Below are positions 9,043-19,325 of a stretch of 46,176 nucleotides of DNA, in pieces. The position numbers and the translations under genes were made by a program. A model generated the notes under the pieces. That model did no database searches. It was not told the DNA's origin and saw only the letters and a list, made by a program, of their open reading frames with translations. How positions within the stretch are numbered: the first letter of the stretch is position 1; each line of letters starts with the position of its first letter. This stretch comes from Faecousia sp. (GTDB taxonomy: Bacteria; Bacillota; Clostridia; Oscillospirales; Oscillospiraceae). The stretch covers positions 1 to 46,176 of the forward strand of contig JBJEYY010000115.1 of NCBI GenBank assembly GCA_051887095.1, read 5' to 3'.

Positions 9043-10290
9043 TTATCCTTTCTGTGGCTTCTTCAGCAGCGGCAAGCCCCGTTCCATCAGCGCCATCATG
9101 GGGAACAGCCAGAAGAACACATCCCCCGTCAGGTTCTGGGTGTTGAAGCCCAGGAACAGAATCCCAAGCAGGGCAAGGTTCGCCCACAGATGCCGTTCCT
9201 TCTGCCATACCAGGGCGACCCAGGCGAACACATGGAGGCTGCCGCTAAAGAAACCGAACACCGCGTACAGAATCATGGTGGAGGTGGTATTGTTCCTCAC
9301 CGCGTGGAGCACATCGGACAGCCTGGCCCCGAAAATGGGGTGCCGGAGGAAAATCTGAATATCTACAAGGATGGCCTCCGTCCGCTCGGTGACCGAATCG
9401 GACCGGTTCACAAACTTCTCGAACAAAGTATTATACACAAACCAGTAGACTCTGTTCCGCGTGGCGAAGCTCACCGCCAGCACCACGGCCAGAGCCGCCG
9501 CCAAGCCGATGGCAATCCAGCGAAGGCGTTTGTCCCGGTACATCTTCTTGTCAAAGAACACCACAATGACAAGCAATCCCAGGCACACCACTCCGCCGGT
9601 AGCCATGGTGGTCACCATGGTGACAGCCAGGATGATATTAGCCAGCCACAGATCCCTGCCGTGCTTCCACTCCACGGTGTAGTTGGTCAGATACAGTCCC
9701 AGCAGGAGGAAATACTGGTAGATGCCCGGTTCCCGGAAAATACCAAAATTCCGCTCCTTCACCTGTTTAATGGAAACAAACGCCAGTCCAAAGTTATAAA
9801 ATGTCCTCCCCTTATCGTTGGTAAAGGTTGGGACGCTCACAAGTCCCTTATCCGGCAGCAGCCGCAGTACATAGGTAGCAAGGATAGCGTACACGGAAAG
9901 CGCGCACAGAATCACCACATAATATTTTGCCGTATCCTTCATGCTTACAAAATAGCATAGAAAAACGGCAAAGAGCAGGTAAATGAGAATGCTGAAATAC
10001 ATCAGCTGCCAATCCCGCTTCACCGCCATGGGCAGAAGAATCAGCACCCCGCAGGCCACTGCGGCCAGCATCCTCCTGTCCGTAAAAATCCGCTTCAGCT
10101 CCCGCCGGTTCACAACCGCGAAGGCCAAAACACCTGCCCCCATAATGAGCAGCATCAGGATTTGGGTCTTGTAAAAGCCCCAGAGGACACAGGAAAGCAT
10201 CCCGTTTCGGGCAAACATCAGCAGCGCAAACAGATATACCGCAAAGAGAATTTTCCAAATCTTCTTTTCCGGAAAGGGATACAATCTCAT
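9043..10290 (-). CDS. wzy: Putative Wzy polymerase / O-antigen-ligase-like membrane protein
   Basis: Polytopic membrane protein with RNFGIFREPG loop and HPIFG motif; sits inside a Wzx operon. Confidence 0.72.
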   Translation of the reverse strand: MRLYPFPEKKIWKILFAVYLFALLMFARNGMLSCVLWGFYKTQILMLLIMGAGVLAFAVVNRRELKRIFTDRRMLAAVACGVLILLPMAVKRDWQLMYFSILIYLLFAVFLCYFVSMKDTAKYYVVILCALSVYAILATYVLRLLPDKGLVSVPTFTNDKGRTFYNFGLAFVSIKQVKERNFGIFREPGIYQYFLLLGLYLTNYTVEWKHGRDLWLANIILAVTMVTTMATGGVVCLGLLVIVVFFDKKMYRDKRLRWIAIGLAAALAVVLAVSFATRNRVYWFVYNTLFEKFVNRSDSVTERTEAILVDIQIFLRHPIFGARLSDVLHAVRNNTTSTMILYAVFGFFSGSLHVFAWVALVWQKERHLWANLALLGILFLGFNTQNLTGDVFFWLFPMMALMERGLPLLKKPQKG

Positions 10291-11396
10291 GTTTCCACCT
10301 CTTTCAGCAATTTCTGAATGGCACGGAGCAGATTCTCCGGCCCTCTCGGCACCGCGATTCCGCCGTACTGTGCCGCGACCTCCTCGCAGGCGGTATCCTC
10401 ATAGACGATGGAGGGAGTTCCGCAGCAATGGGCTTCCAGAGCCGTCATTCCAAAGGTCTCCTCCACGCTGGGGTTCACGTAAACGTCCGCCGCGGAATAA
10501 ATCTGCGCGAGCTCCCCTGCGGAGTTCGTCCTGGGCAGGGTCAGGATCCGCTCCGGAACCTGACTGCGCTGCTCCGGAGACAGCCCCACCAGCACAATCC
10601 GGTAAGGATCCTTCAGCATTCCCGACAGGGCCACGAAGTCCTTCAGGCCCTTCCGCTCCTCCCAGATATTGGCAACACCCAAGACTATTTTTTTATCCTC
10701 AAGCCCATACCGCTTCCGGAAATCACTGGGGGTGGGCCTGAAAATCTCGGTATTGACGGTGTTTCCCACAACCTCCACGGGATACTCCCGCAGAAAGCTT
10801 TCCTTCACCCGGCGCTCCAGCCAGTGGGAGGGAACCAAAAGGGTCATATTGGGAATCCCCGTAAAAAAAGCCTTCTTTTTCCCGTAATTGCGTTTGCTTC
10901 CGTCCAGCAGGAGGCTGGCGGGATACGCTTTTTTTTGGGGGCAGTGGTGACAGCCGGTTTTCCACCGGTCGCAGCCTACGAAGTCAAAATAGGTACAGTG
11001 CCCCGTAAAGGCCCAGCAGTCATGGAGCGTCCAAATAATCTTTTTCCCGCAGCCGCGCAGGTAATCAAACAAAAGCTCCAGGTTTAAATAATAGCCGTGG
11101 AGATTGTGCAGCCAGATCACGTCCGGGTCGTATTCCCGTACCCGGTCCAGGAAAATCCGGGTAGCCCCCCGGGAGCCGAAGCCCTGGTTGTCCAGCACAC
11201 GGCTCATGGCGGCATGGAGGGTGTAATCCACTGCGGTTCCGATCTGAAGGGTGGGGATATCCTCACAGCCGGTTACTCCCCGCCCAAAGGCCAGCAGGCA
11301 TTCGTCCCCCCGCTTGATCAGCTCCCGGCATTTCTCCGCGACCAGACGTCCCGTACTGGCAGAGCCCGCCAATACATTGATAAACAGGTACTTCAT
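10287..11396 (-). CDS. Glycosyltransferase family 4 (WcaC-like)
   Basis: PDVIWLHNLHG, WTLHDCWAFTGHC, ETFGMTALEA; start reset to MKYLFIN with GGAGG RBS. Confidence 0.9.
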   Translation of the reverse strand: MKYLFINVLAGSASTGRLVAEKCRELIKRGDECLLAFGRGVTGCEDIPTLQIGTAVDYTLHAAMSRVLDNQGFGSRGATRIFLDRVREYDPDVIWLHNLHGYYLNLELLFDYLRGCGKKIIWTLHDCWAFTGHCTYFDFVGCDRWKTGCHHCPQKKAYPASLLLDGSKRNYGKKKAFFTGIPNMTLLVPSHWLERRVKESFLREYPVEVVGNTVNTEIFRPTPSDFRKRYGLEDKKIVLGVANIWEERKGLKDFVALSGMLKDPYRIVLVGLSPEQRSQVPERILTLPRTNSAGELAQIYSAADVYVNPSVEETFGMTALEAHCCGTPSIVYEDTACEEVAAQYGGIAVPRGPENLLRAIQKLLKEVET

Positions 11397-11455
11397 GCAC
11401 CCTCCCCCTTCGACTGCTGCTGTGCTGATTCTCCTCCGCAATACCGCTGTCCGAA

Positions 11456-11565
11456 AAATTGGTGTTTTCACTACGCATTTCAAATTTTCTGTCATTGCGA
11501 ACCAGCGCGCACGCTGGTGTGGCAATGACAGGATACTTGGGACGCATCCCTACAAACACCAATTT
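11456..11565. repeat. Collapsed single-REP element copy 3 (core 11489-11531)
   Basis: CTGTCATTGCGAACCAGCGCGCACGCTGGTGTGGCAATGACAG inside outer IR AAATTGGTGTTT/AAACACCAATTT. Confidence 0.88.
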
Positions 11566-11597
11566 GCCGCTCTGTCCTGCAAAAAGGCACCGCCCGG

Positions 11598-12782
11598 TCA
11601 GTATTTTCTCCAAACCATCCGATCCACCACGCCGGTATAGGACTGGATGATTTTCACCACCTTGGTGGAGACATTCTCCTCCACATAATCCGGCACCGGA
11701 ATGCCGTGGAAGCCCTCCAGATTCATCTGCACCGCGGTGTCCACCGCCTGCAAAAGGCTCTTTTCATCGATGCCCGCCAGGATGAAGCAGGCCTTGTCCA
11801 GCGCCTCCGGCCGCTCGGTGGAGGTGCGGATGCACACCGCCGGGAAGGGATGGCCCACGCTTGCAAAGAAGCTGGATTCTTCCGGCAGTGTCCCCGAATC
11901 GGACACGCAGCAGAAAGCGTTCATCTGCAGGCAGTTGTAGTCATGGAAGCCCAGGGGCTCATGCTGAATCACACGTCTGTCCAGCCGGAAGCCGCTTTGC
12001 TCCAGACGGTTGCGGCTTCTGGGATGGCAGGAGTAGAGGATGGGCATATCATACTTTTCCGCCATGGCATTGATGGCGGAAAATAGAGAGCGGAAGTTCT
12101 TCTCCGTGTCGATGTTCTCCTCCCGGTGGGCGGAGAGCAGAATGTACTTCCCCTTCTGCAAGCCCAGTCTGGCATGGATATCGGAACCTTCAATGGCATC
12201 CAGATTCTTGTGCAGCACCTCCGCCATGGGAGAGCCGGTCACATAGGTGCGCTCCCTGGGCAATCCGCAGTCCGCCAGATACCGCCTCGCGTGCTCGGAA
12301 TAGGCCATGTTCACGTCGGAAATGATGTCCACAATCCGGCGGTTGGTCTCCTCGGGCAGACACTCGTCCTTGCAGCGGTTGCCCGCCTCCATGTGGAAAA
12401 TAGGGATGTGCAGCCGCTTAGCGGGGATGGCGGACAGGCAGGAGTTGGTATCCCCCAGAATCAGCAGGGCATCGGGCCGGATGGCGGTCATCAGCTTATA
12501 GGAACAGTTGATAATGTTGCCCACCGTGGCCCCCAGATCGTCCCCCACCGCGTCCATATAGACCTCCGGGTCAGCAAGGCCCAGATCCCGGAAGAAGATT
12601 CCGTTTAGATTGTAGTCATAGTTCTGCCCCGTATGGGCAAGAATGCAGTCGAAGAAGCGGCGGCATTTCTTGATGACCTCTGCCAGCCGGATAATCTCCG
12701 GCCGGGTGCCCACGATGATCAGCAGCTTCAGCTTCCCGTTGTCCCGGAAAGCAATATCCGAATAATCCAGTTTGGGTGTCAT
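11598..12782 (-). CDS. fnlC: UDP-L-FucNAc synthesis 2-epimerase (FnlC/CapG/WbjD)
   Basis: VGTRPEIIRL, HTGQNYDY, HMEAGNRC, SDSGTLPEE; third gene of a fnlABC trio. Confidence 0.9.
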   Translation of the reverse strand: MTPKLDYSDIAFRDNGKLKLLIIVGTRPEIIRLAEVIKKCRRFFDCILAHTGQNYDYNLNGIFFRDLGLADPEVYMDAVGDDLGATVGNIINCSYKLMTAIRPDALLILGDTNSCLSAIPAKRLHIPIFHMEAGNRCKDECLPEETNRRIVDIISDVNMAYSEHARRYLADCGLPRERTYVTGSPMAEVLHKNLDAIEGSDIHARLGLQKGKYILLSAHREENIDTEKNFRSLFSAINAMAEKYDMPILYSCHPRSRNRLEQSGFRLDRRVIQHEPLGFHDYNCLQMNAFCCVSDSGTLPEESSFFASVGHPFPAVCIRTSTERPEALDKACFILAGIDEKSLLQAVDTAVQMNLEGFHGIPVPDYVEENVSTKVVKIIQSYTGVVDRMVWRKY

Positions 12783-13984
12783 CCTTCCACCGCCTCATAA
12801 AAAGTATCGGGTTTTTGAGGATCAAAGCATTCGTTGGCCCACATCAGGGTCACCAAATCCTCGGTATCTGACAGATTGATAATATTGTGGGTGTAACCCG
12901 GCAGCATGTGCACCGCCTGGATTTGTTCCCCGGAAACCCGGAATTCCAGCACCTCATCGCTTCCCAGCTTTCGCTGCTGAATGAGCCCCGTTCCGGACAC
13001 CACAATAAAAAATTCCCATTTGCTGCGGTGCCAGTGCTGGCCCTTGGTCACCCCGGGCTTGGAGATGTTTACGCTGAACTGGCCGCAGGAAGCCGTTTTC
13101 AGCAGCTCCGTAAAGCTTCCGCGAGCATCCACGTTCATTTTCAGTGGAAACGCCGCCTTTTCCTTCGGAAGATAGGAAAGGTAGGTGGAGTACAGCTTTT
13201 TCGCAAAGCTCCCGTCAGGAATTTCCGGCATCAGGAGCGTTTTCGGCTGATCCCGGAACGCGTCCAGCAGCTCCACAATCTCCCCCAGGGTCACAAAATG
13301 GGTCACCGGCGCGGCGCAGTAACGCCCCTCCGGGGTCATTACCGTTTTCACGCCCTCGAATTCGCACCGGTGCTCCCGGCCCTCCAGGGCGTCCAGCATT
13401 TCTTCCACCAGGTCGTCAATGTAGAGCATTTCCAGCTCCACCTTTGGGTCATTCACCGTGATGGGCAAATCGTGGGCATAGTTATGGCAGAAGGTGGCCA
13501 CCACGGAATTGTAGTTGGGGCGGCACCACTTGCCAAAGAGATTAGGGAACCGGTACACCAGCACCTTTGCCCCGGTTTCCTCTGCGTAGGCAAAGAACAG
13601 CTCCTCCCCCGCCTTCTTGCTCCTGCCGTACTCCCCCTGGGCATAGCGGCCCACCAGGGTAGCCTGGATGGAGGAGGAGAGCATCACCGGGCAGGTGTTC
13701 CCATACTTCTTCAGAGTGTCCAGCAGTGTGGAGGCAAAGCCAAAATTGCCCTGCATGAACTCCTCCTGGTTCTGGGGGCGGTTCACGCCGACAAGGTTGA
13801 ATACAAAATCTGCCCTTCGGCACCCCTCCTCCAGCAGCTCCCGGGGAGAATCCTTATCATATAGGAACAATTCTCCAATGGTCAGCCCCGGTCGGGTGCG
13901 ATCCTTGCCGTCCCGAAGAGCCTGCAAGGCTGCGGTGAGGTTCCTCCCCACGAAGCCCGCCGCTCCGGTGATCAGAATATCCAT
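12779..13984 (-). CDS. fnlB: UDP-L-FucNAc synthesis reductase with cupin domain (FnlB/CapF/WbjC)
   Basis: TGAAGFVG, YGRSK, FGKWCRPNYNS, C-terminal cupin KGQHWH...GYTHNI. Confidence 0.92.
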   Translation of the reverse strand: MDILITGAAGFVGRNLTAALQALRDGKDRTRPGLTIGELFLYDKDSPRELLEEGCRRADFVFNLVGVNRPQNQEEFMQGNFGFASTLLDTLKKYGNTCPVMLSSSIQATLVGRYAQGEYGRSKKAGEELFFAYAEETGAKVLVYRFPNLFGKWCRPNYNSVVATFCHNYAHDLPITVNDPKVELEMLYIDDLVEEMLDALEGREHRCEFEGVKTVMTPEGRYCAAPVTHFVTLGEIVELLDAFRDQPKTLLMPEIPDGSFAKKLYSTYLSYLPKEKAAFPLKMNVDARGSFTELLKTASCGQFSVNISKPGVTKGQHWHRSKWEFFIVVSGTGLIQQRKLGSDEVLEFRVSGEQIQAVHMLPGYTHNIINLSDTEDLVTLMWANECFDPQKPDTFYEAVEG

Positions 13985-13999
13985 TTGAACCTCCGGTAA

Positions 14000-15055
14000 T
14001 TATCCTTGTTTCCGCTTCCAGCTTGCCAGCTCTTCCCGGATGTAGCTTAGGCTCAGCAGCTTCTCCTGAACCTCCGCAACATTCAGAAGCCTTGTGTTGT
14101 TGCTGTTAAACTCCGTCAGGACATTGCGCTCCACATTGCCCTCCCGGAAGTATTTATCGTAGTTCAAATCCCGCTTGTCGCAGGGGACCCGGTAGAAATT
14201 CCCCAAATCCAGCGCGTTTGCGCATTCCTCGTTGGTGAGCAGGGTTTCGTACATCTTCTCGCCGTGGCGAATGCCGATGACCTTGATCTCGTAGCCCGGG
14301 GCAAACAGGCCCGTCACCGCCTGGACCAGGGTCTCGATGGTGCAGGCGGGCGCTTTCTGTACCAGGATGTCCCCGCTGACACCGTTTTGGAAGGCGAACA
14401 GCACCAGATCCACCGCCTCCTCCAGGCTCATGATGAACCGGGTCATCTTCGGCTCCGTAATGGTGATGGGGTTTCCCGCCTTGATCTGCTCAATCCACAG
14501 CGGAATTACACTGCCCCGGCTGCACATGACATTGCCGTAGCGGGTGCAGCAGATTTTGGTTTTCTCCGGAGCCACCGTCCGGCTTTTGGCCACGATGACC
14601 TTCTCCATCATGGCCTTGGAGGTACCCATGGCGTTGACCGGGTAGGCCGCCTTGTCCGTGGACAGGCAGATTACTGCCTTTACCCCCGCCTCAATGGCGG
14701 CGGTCAGCACGTTATCCGTGCCGATGACATTGGTTTTCACCGCTTCCAGGGGGAAGAACTCACAGGAAGGCACCTGCTTTAAGGCCGCGGCGTGGAAAAT
14801 ATAGTCCACATTGTGCATGGCGTTCTTTACGGAGGCCAGATCCCTTACATCGCCGATGAAGAATTTAATCTTCCCGGCAACTTCCGGCATTTTCGCCTGG
14901 AATTCGTGGCGCATATCGTCCTGCTTTTTCTCGTCCCGGGAGAAAATGCGGATTTCCCCAATGTCCGTCTGCAAAAACCGGTTCAGCACCGCGTTTCCAA
15001 AGGACCCGGTGCCCCCGGTAATCAGCAATGTTTTTCCGGAAAAAAGCTTCTCCAT
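14000..15055 (-). CDS. fnlA: UDP-GlcNAc 4,6-dehydratase/epimerase (FnlA/CapE/WbjB)
   Basis: TGGTGSFG, FSRDEKKQDDMR, AALKQVPSCEFFP, LSTDKA, RYGNVMCSRGSV; start reset to MEKLFSGK. Confidence 0.93.
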   Translation of the reverse strand: MEKLFSGKTLLITGGTGSFGNAVLNRFLQTDIGEIRIFSRDEKKQDDMRHEFQAKMPEVAGKIKFFIGDVRDLASVKNAMHNVDYIFHAAALKQVPSCEFFPLEAVKTNVIGTDNVLTAAIEAGVKAVICLSTDKAAYPVNAMGTSKAMMEKVIVAKSRTVAPEKTKICCTRYGNVMCSRGSVIPLWIEQIKAGNPITITEPKMTRFIMSLEEAVDLVLFAFQNGVSGDILVQKAPACTIETLVQAVTGLFAPGYEIKVIGIRHGEKMYETLLTNEECANALDLGNFYRVPCDKRDLNYDKYFREGNVERNVLTEFNSNNTRLLNVAEVQEKLLSLSYIREELASWKRKQG

Positions 15056-15069
15056 GTAATATTCCCCTT

Positions 15070-16002
15070 TTACTCCATCAGATTTCCCCGGAATCGGGGA
15101 TCCTCCGCAAACCAAGTTTTCGTTCCGTCCTCCCGGCGCAGGCGCAGCAGCTCAATCACCTGACCATCCCCGCAGACCACCTGAATGCCGCCGTCCCGGG
15201 TGGTGCCCAGCACCGTTCCGGGAGCCTCGCAGCTCTCGCTATGGGCCCTGCGGGAGGAAAGCACCGTGATCTTCTCCCCCTTGTACCAGAAGAACGCCCC
15301 GGGATAGGGCTCCGTCTGGGCCCGGATAAAGTCATGAAGGGCCCTGCAGCCAAAGGAAAAATCAAACACGCCGTCGGCGGGGGTTCTCTTTTTGTAGTAG
15401 GTCGCCTTCGTTTCGTCCAGGGTGATTTCCCGGAAGACGCCCTCGCTCCAATCATCGATATGTTCCCGGATGACCTTGGCCGAGCAGGCGGCCACCTTGT
15501 CATAGACGGTTTTCACATCGTCGTACTCGCGGATTGGGAAAAACTCCTGGGCATATACCGCACCCCGGTCATATTCATTGACCATATGGAAAAAGGTGTC
15601 GCCCCACTCCGTTTCCCCGGTGAGGATGGCCCAGTTGACGCAGGCCGCGCCCCTTCCCCGGGGCAGCGGGGCAGGGTGCTCGCCGATGCAGCCGTATTTG
15701 GGCAGGTTCAGAAGAGGCTCCCGGAATTTCTGGGACCACCCGGTCTGAATCAGCAGATCAGGCTTTCTGTCCGCAATCCACCGCACCGTTTCCTCGTCGT
15801 TCACATTGTCGCAGAAATGCAGAGGAATGTCATACTCCGCCGCAATGTCCAGATAGGTATGGTAATTCGCCTTGCTAAGTGAGCGCCGGGCATTCAGGTT
15901 CACAATGCCCACCACCTGGCTGCGGATGTTTTTATTACCGCAGATGGTCCGGATCATGGCCTGGCCCACATTGGTGCAGGCAACAAATACAACACGTCCC
16001 AT
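15070..16002 (-). CDS. Formyltransferase-family protein (copy 2)
   Basis: GEHPAPLPRGRG, YDRG, and Fmt C-terminal IRAQTEPYPGAF. Confidence 0.85.
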   Translation of the reverse strand: MGRVVFVACTNVGQAMIRTICGNKNIRSQVVGIVNLNARRSLSKANYHTYLDIAAEYDIPLHFCDNVNDEETVRWIADRKPDLLIQTGWSQKFREPLLNLPKYGCIGEHPAPLPRGRGAACVNWAILTGETEWGDTFFHMVNEYDRGAVYAQEFFPIREYDDVKTVYDKVAACSAKVIREHIDDWSEGVFREITLDETKATYYKKRTPADGVFDFSFGCRALHDFIRAQTEPYPGAFFWYKGEKITVLSSRRAHSESCEAPGTVLGTTRDGGIQVVCGDGQVIELLRLRREDGTKTWFAEDPRFRGNLME

Positions 16003-16014
16003 GCGCTTTCCCCC

Positions 16015-16650
16015 TTACCGCATCAGCATCTTAATGGGCAGAAAGCCCTCGGCATACTCCACCTTGTTGGAGAAGCCCCACACATGATTTCGCTCCACAT
16101 TGATCTGGAACAGGCGGCTGAACCGGTTGTGCTCCTCGCCGTAGCATTCCAGCGCCTTGATTTTCTTCTCGATGTAGGGGGAAATGTCCACAAAATAGGT
16201 GGGGTAATAGGCCTGATCCAGCACATAGCCGTTGCTCTGGTACTGGAAGATGTTGTCGCAGTGTCGGGCGGCCGTCAGGCAAAGCTTGGCCGCCTCAATG
16301 TGATCCTGGTTCATATCGTGGGCAAAATGCATGAACACGGTATCAATTCCGTACTGATAGATCACGTTTTCAATGCGCTGCATCATCTCTGTGGAGTATA
16401 CCAGTTTGGTGCACTCCACGGGCTTGAATTCGGTTATTTCATGAATTCCCAGGGCTTCGCAAGCCAGGGCGCTCTGCTGAACGCTGGTTTCGTACTCCAC
16501 CTGGATGTTCAGGTGGGCAAACCGGGTCACATTGTCCGTCAGGGTCAGCTTGTAAACGTTCTTCCCCTCGGCGGCCAGCTTGGCCGCGGTGCCCCCCGCA
16601 CCCAGCTCCGTGTCATCGTAATGGGCGCCCACGATCAAAACATTCTTCAT
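16015..16650 (-). CDS. PIG-L/LmbE-family deacetylase (copy 2)
   Basis: VGAHYDDTELGAGG, DMNQDH, VDIS...KK, YAEGF. Confidence 0.85.
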   Translation of the reverse strand: MKNVLIVGAHYDDTELGAGGTAAKLAAEGKNVYKLTLTDNVTRFAHLNIQVEYETSVQQSALACEALGIHEITEFKPVECTKLVYSTEMMQRIENVIYQYGIDTVFMHFAHDMNQDHIEAAKLCLTAARHCDNIFQYQSNGYVLDQAYYPTYFVDISPYIEKKIKALECYGEEHNRFSRLFQINVERNHVWGFSNKVEYAEGFLPIKMLMR

Positions 16651-16656
16651 ATGTCC

Positions 16657-17847
16657 TTACTCCTTGCAATTTTCCCGAAGGATCTGCGTGAGGGTCTCTA
16701 TAAAAGATTCCTTGCGGAAATGATTTTCATAGTAATTTCTGGCGTTTCGTCCCCAGCGCAGCCGCGCTTCCTTACGGGAGGCCGCTTCCCGGAGATTCCG
16801 GGCCAGGGCCTGGGGGTCCTCCGCCGGGCTGCACAGGCCGCAGTCCGCCTCCCGGATCAGCCGGGCCGTTTCCCCGTTCAATGAAGCAATCACGGGTTTA
16901 CCCGCCGCGAGATAGGATTGTACCTTCCCCGGCAGATTGGCGGACATTCCGGGGTCGTCAATTAAGGAAATCAGCAGGGCGTCCGCCATGGCGTAAAACC
17001 CCGGCATCTCCTCCAGCTTTTTCCGGCCGTAGAAGGTGATGTTTTCCAACCCCCGGGCCAGCTCCCTGCACTTGTCCAGGGAGATTCCTCCGCCAACTAT
17101 ATGGATGCGGATTTCCTTCTGCGTTTGCAGGAGCCTCGCCGCCTCCACAATGGTTTCCACGGACTGCAGATTGCCCACGTTTCCGGCGAACAGGAAATCC
17201 ACCCCGTCCGCCTGCTTCTCCACCGTGGGAAGCTCCCCGAACAAATCCTCAGCATACTGGGGTAAATACCGGATCTTTGCAGGATCCATCCCAAGGGTTT
17301 CCTCAAAATAGGGCAAAAACCCCTGGGAAGAAACCATCAGCTGGTCTGCCCGCCGGTAGATTCTCCGGGAGATTCCCAAAAACACCCGGTACAGCGCGGA
17401 ACCCTTCCGAACGCCCCCCAGCAGCAGGCTTTCGGGCCACAGATCCAGGCAGTAGAGCACACATTTTTTCCCGTGGCGCTTTGCCCAACTTTCCCCCGCC
17501 TGGGCCATCATCACCGGGGAAAGCTGGTTGACGAATACCACGTCAAATTCCTCCCGGCACCGGCGCAGGTACCACCAGGAGGACAGCACATAGCTATAAT
17601 AATTCAGGAAACGGTAGAAAGCCCCTTTTTTCCTGGGAATGGTGGGGCATCTGTGCACCCGGACGCCATAGAGCACCTCGTCCGCCCGGGCGCCCTTTTC
17701 ATAACCGGGGTAGACGACCCCCTCGGGGTAGTTGGGGGTACCCGTGACCACCGTCACGCAGTGCCCTTTCTCCACCAGCGCTTGGCAGATATCCGGCAGC
17801 CGGAAGGGCTCCGGGTAATAGTACTGACACACCACCAGCACATTCAT
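16657..17847 (-). CDS. Glycosyltransferase family 4, WbuB-like (probable L-FucNAc transferase)
   Basis: QYYYPE, PNYPEG, LDLWPES, PGKVQSYLAAGKP; close to fnlABC; start reset to MNVLVV. Confidence 0.85.
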   Translation of the reverse strand: MNVLVVCQYYYPEPFRLPDICQALVEKGHCVTVVTGTPNYPEGVVYPGYEKGARADEVLYGVRVHRCPTIPRKKGAFYRFLNYYSYVLSSWWYLRRCREEFDVVFVNQLSPVMMAQAGESWAKRHGKKCVLYCLDLWPESLLLGGVRKGSALYRVFLGISRRIYRRADQLMVSSQGFLPYFEETLGMDPAKIRYLPQYAEDLFGELPTVEKQADGVDFLFAGNVGNLQSVETIVEAARLLQTQKEIRIHIVGGGISLDKCRELARGLENITFYGRKKLEEMPGFYAMADALLISLIDDPGMSANLPGKVQSYLAAGKPVIASLNGETARLIREADCGLCSPAEDPQALARNLREAASRKEARLRWGRNARNYYENHFRKESFIETLTQILRENCKE

Positions 17848-17866
17848 TGGCTTTCCTCCGCCTTTT

Positions 17867-18502
17867 TCAGGCTCCTCTTTTTGCTTCCCCTTCGGCTGGA
17901 ATCGAAACCAGGGGCTTGCCCAGATAGTGCTCCTCACCCAAAAGGACAACTCCCACGGTCCGCATAAGGATCCGGATGTCCAGCCACAGGCTGTAGTGCT
18001 CCACATAGTACACATCCAGCTTATACCGCTGTTGCAAATCCAGGTAAATGTTTCCGCTGACCTGGGCAAGACCCGTCATCCCCGGGAGCATCCTCAGCCG
18101 CTTGGAAATCTCCTCGTCATAATCCTCCAGGGACGCCACCCGCTCCGGCCGGGGGCCGATAAGGCTCATCTCCCCTTTCAGCACATTCAGGCACTGGGGA
18201 ATCTCGTCCAATTTGCTCCGCCGGAGGAACTTCCCGATGGAGGTCACCCGGTCGTCGTCCTTCATTACCTCCACGCCCTTGACCATCTTCTCAGAACCGG
18301 GGCGCATGGTGCGGAATTTATACACCCTGAAAATCGCCGCATTCTTCCCGGGCCGGTCCTGCAGGAAAAATACCGGACCGGGGGAGGTCAGCTTAATGAG
18401 CAGCGCGATCACCGCCCAAACCGGCAAAAAGGGCACCAGCACCAAAAGGGAAACCAGGATATCAAAGCACCGCTTCACGGCAAGCTGCAGCTTCCTCGTC
18501 AT
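17867..18502 (-). CDS. Small initiating phosphoglycosyl transferase (PglC/WcaJ catalytic type)
   Basis: KRCFD, YKFRTM, FLRRSKLDEIPQ, GEMSLIGPRPE, PGMTGLAQV. Confidence 0.93.
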   Translation of the reverse strand: MTRKLQLAVKRCFDILVSLLVLVPFLPVWAVIALLIKLTSPGPVFFLQDRPGKNAAIFRVYKFRTMRPGSEKMVKGVEVMKDDDRVTSIGKFLRRSKLDEIPQCLNVLKGEMSLIGPRPERVASLEDYDEEISKRLRMLPGMTGLAQVSGNIYLDLQQRYKLDVYYVEHYSLWLDIRILMRTVGVVLLGEEHYLGKPLVSIPAEGEAKRGA

Positions 18503-18508
18503 GGGGAT

Positions 18509-19324
18509 TTAATCCTCTCTGTCAAATTGAATAGGCTCTAAAAATCCGTCCTTCAGGCGGATAACCCCGCTGTCCTTCGAAACCCGGGCCGACCAAATCC
18601 GCAGGGTTCCTTCCTCTCCCCGCCAAAACGCGCCGGGATAGGGATGGGTAACCGCCCGGACCATCCGGTCCGCCTGTTCCATGGTCATATCGGAGGTAAT
18701 TTCGCCGTCCTCCGGCTTCCGTCCGGGCCAGATGGTGGCCTTGCTCTCGTCCTGAGGGCGAAGGGTCACGGTTCCGTCAGCAAACTCTCTCCAGCAGCTT
18801 CCCATGAGGGAGACGTGCATTTTGTCCACCAGCTCATACAGCTCCGTGGCGGTAATCCCCTCATGCAGGGGGATTCTCCCCTGGGCGATGATGTCCCCGG
18901 TGTCCACCCCTTCGTCCATCTTGAACATGGTAACTCCGGTTTCGTGCAGGCCCTTCAAGATGGCCCAGGGAATGGCCGCACGGCCTCTGCCCAGGGGCAG
19001 CAGCGTCGGATGCATGCCGATAATCCCCTGTTTGGGCGCGGAGAGTACCTCTTTCCCCGCAATCTGGGACCAGCCGATGATGAACAGCCAGTCAATCTCA
19101 TACTCCTTCAGGGCGGCAATGACCTCCGGGTCGTTGATGTGCCGGACCTTCAGCAGCGGGGTATGCTCCTTTTCCGCCAAATCGTCCAGGTAGATTCTCC
19201 CGGACTTATTTTTTGCCTGGTCGTCTCTCAGTGTGATGAACAGGTCAAAGTGGCCTCCGATGCGGAGCACCTCTTCGATGCAGCTTCTGCCCAGCTGCAC
19301 ACAGGTGGTAAACGCCATTTTCAT
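18509..19324 (-). CDS. Formyltransferase-family protein (copy 1)
   Basis: GMHPTLLPLGRG, GVDTGDI, VRAVTHPYPGAF. Confidence 0.87.
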   Translation of the reverse strand: MKMAFTTCVQLGRSCIEEVLRIGGHFDLFITLRDDQAKNKSGRIYLDDLAEKEHTPLLKVRHINDPEVIAALKEYEIDWLFIIGWSQIAGKEVLSAPKQGIIGMHPTLLPLGRGRAAIPWAILKGLHETGVTMFKMDEGVDTGDIIAQGRIPLHEGITATELYELVDKMHVSLMGSCWREFADGTVTLRPQDESKATIWPGRKPEDGEITSDMTMEQADRMVRAVTHPYPGAFWRGEEGTLRIWSARVSKDSGVIRLKDGFLEPIQFDRED

Positions 19325-19325
19325 A

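Noticed and set aside
10929-10941. T8/G5 run inside the GT4 gene as a phase-variation tract
   Set aside because: It is short, encodes ordinary Pro-Gln-Lys-Lys and the frame is intact; too weak to call.
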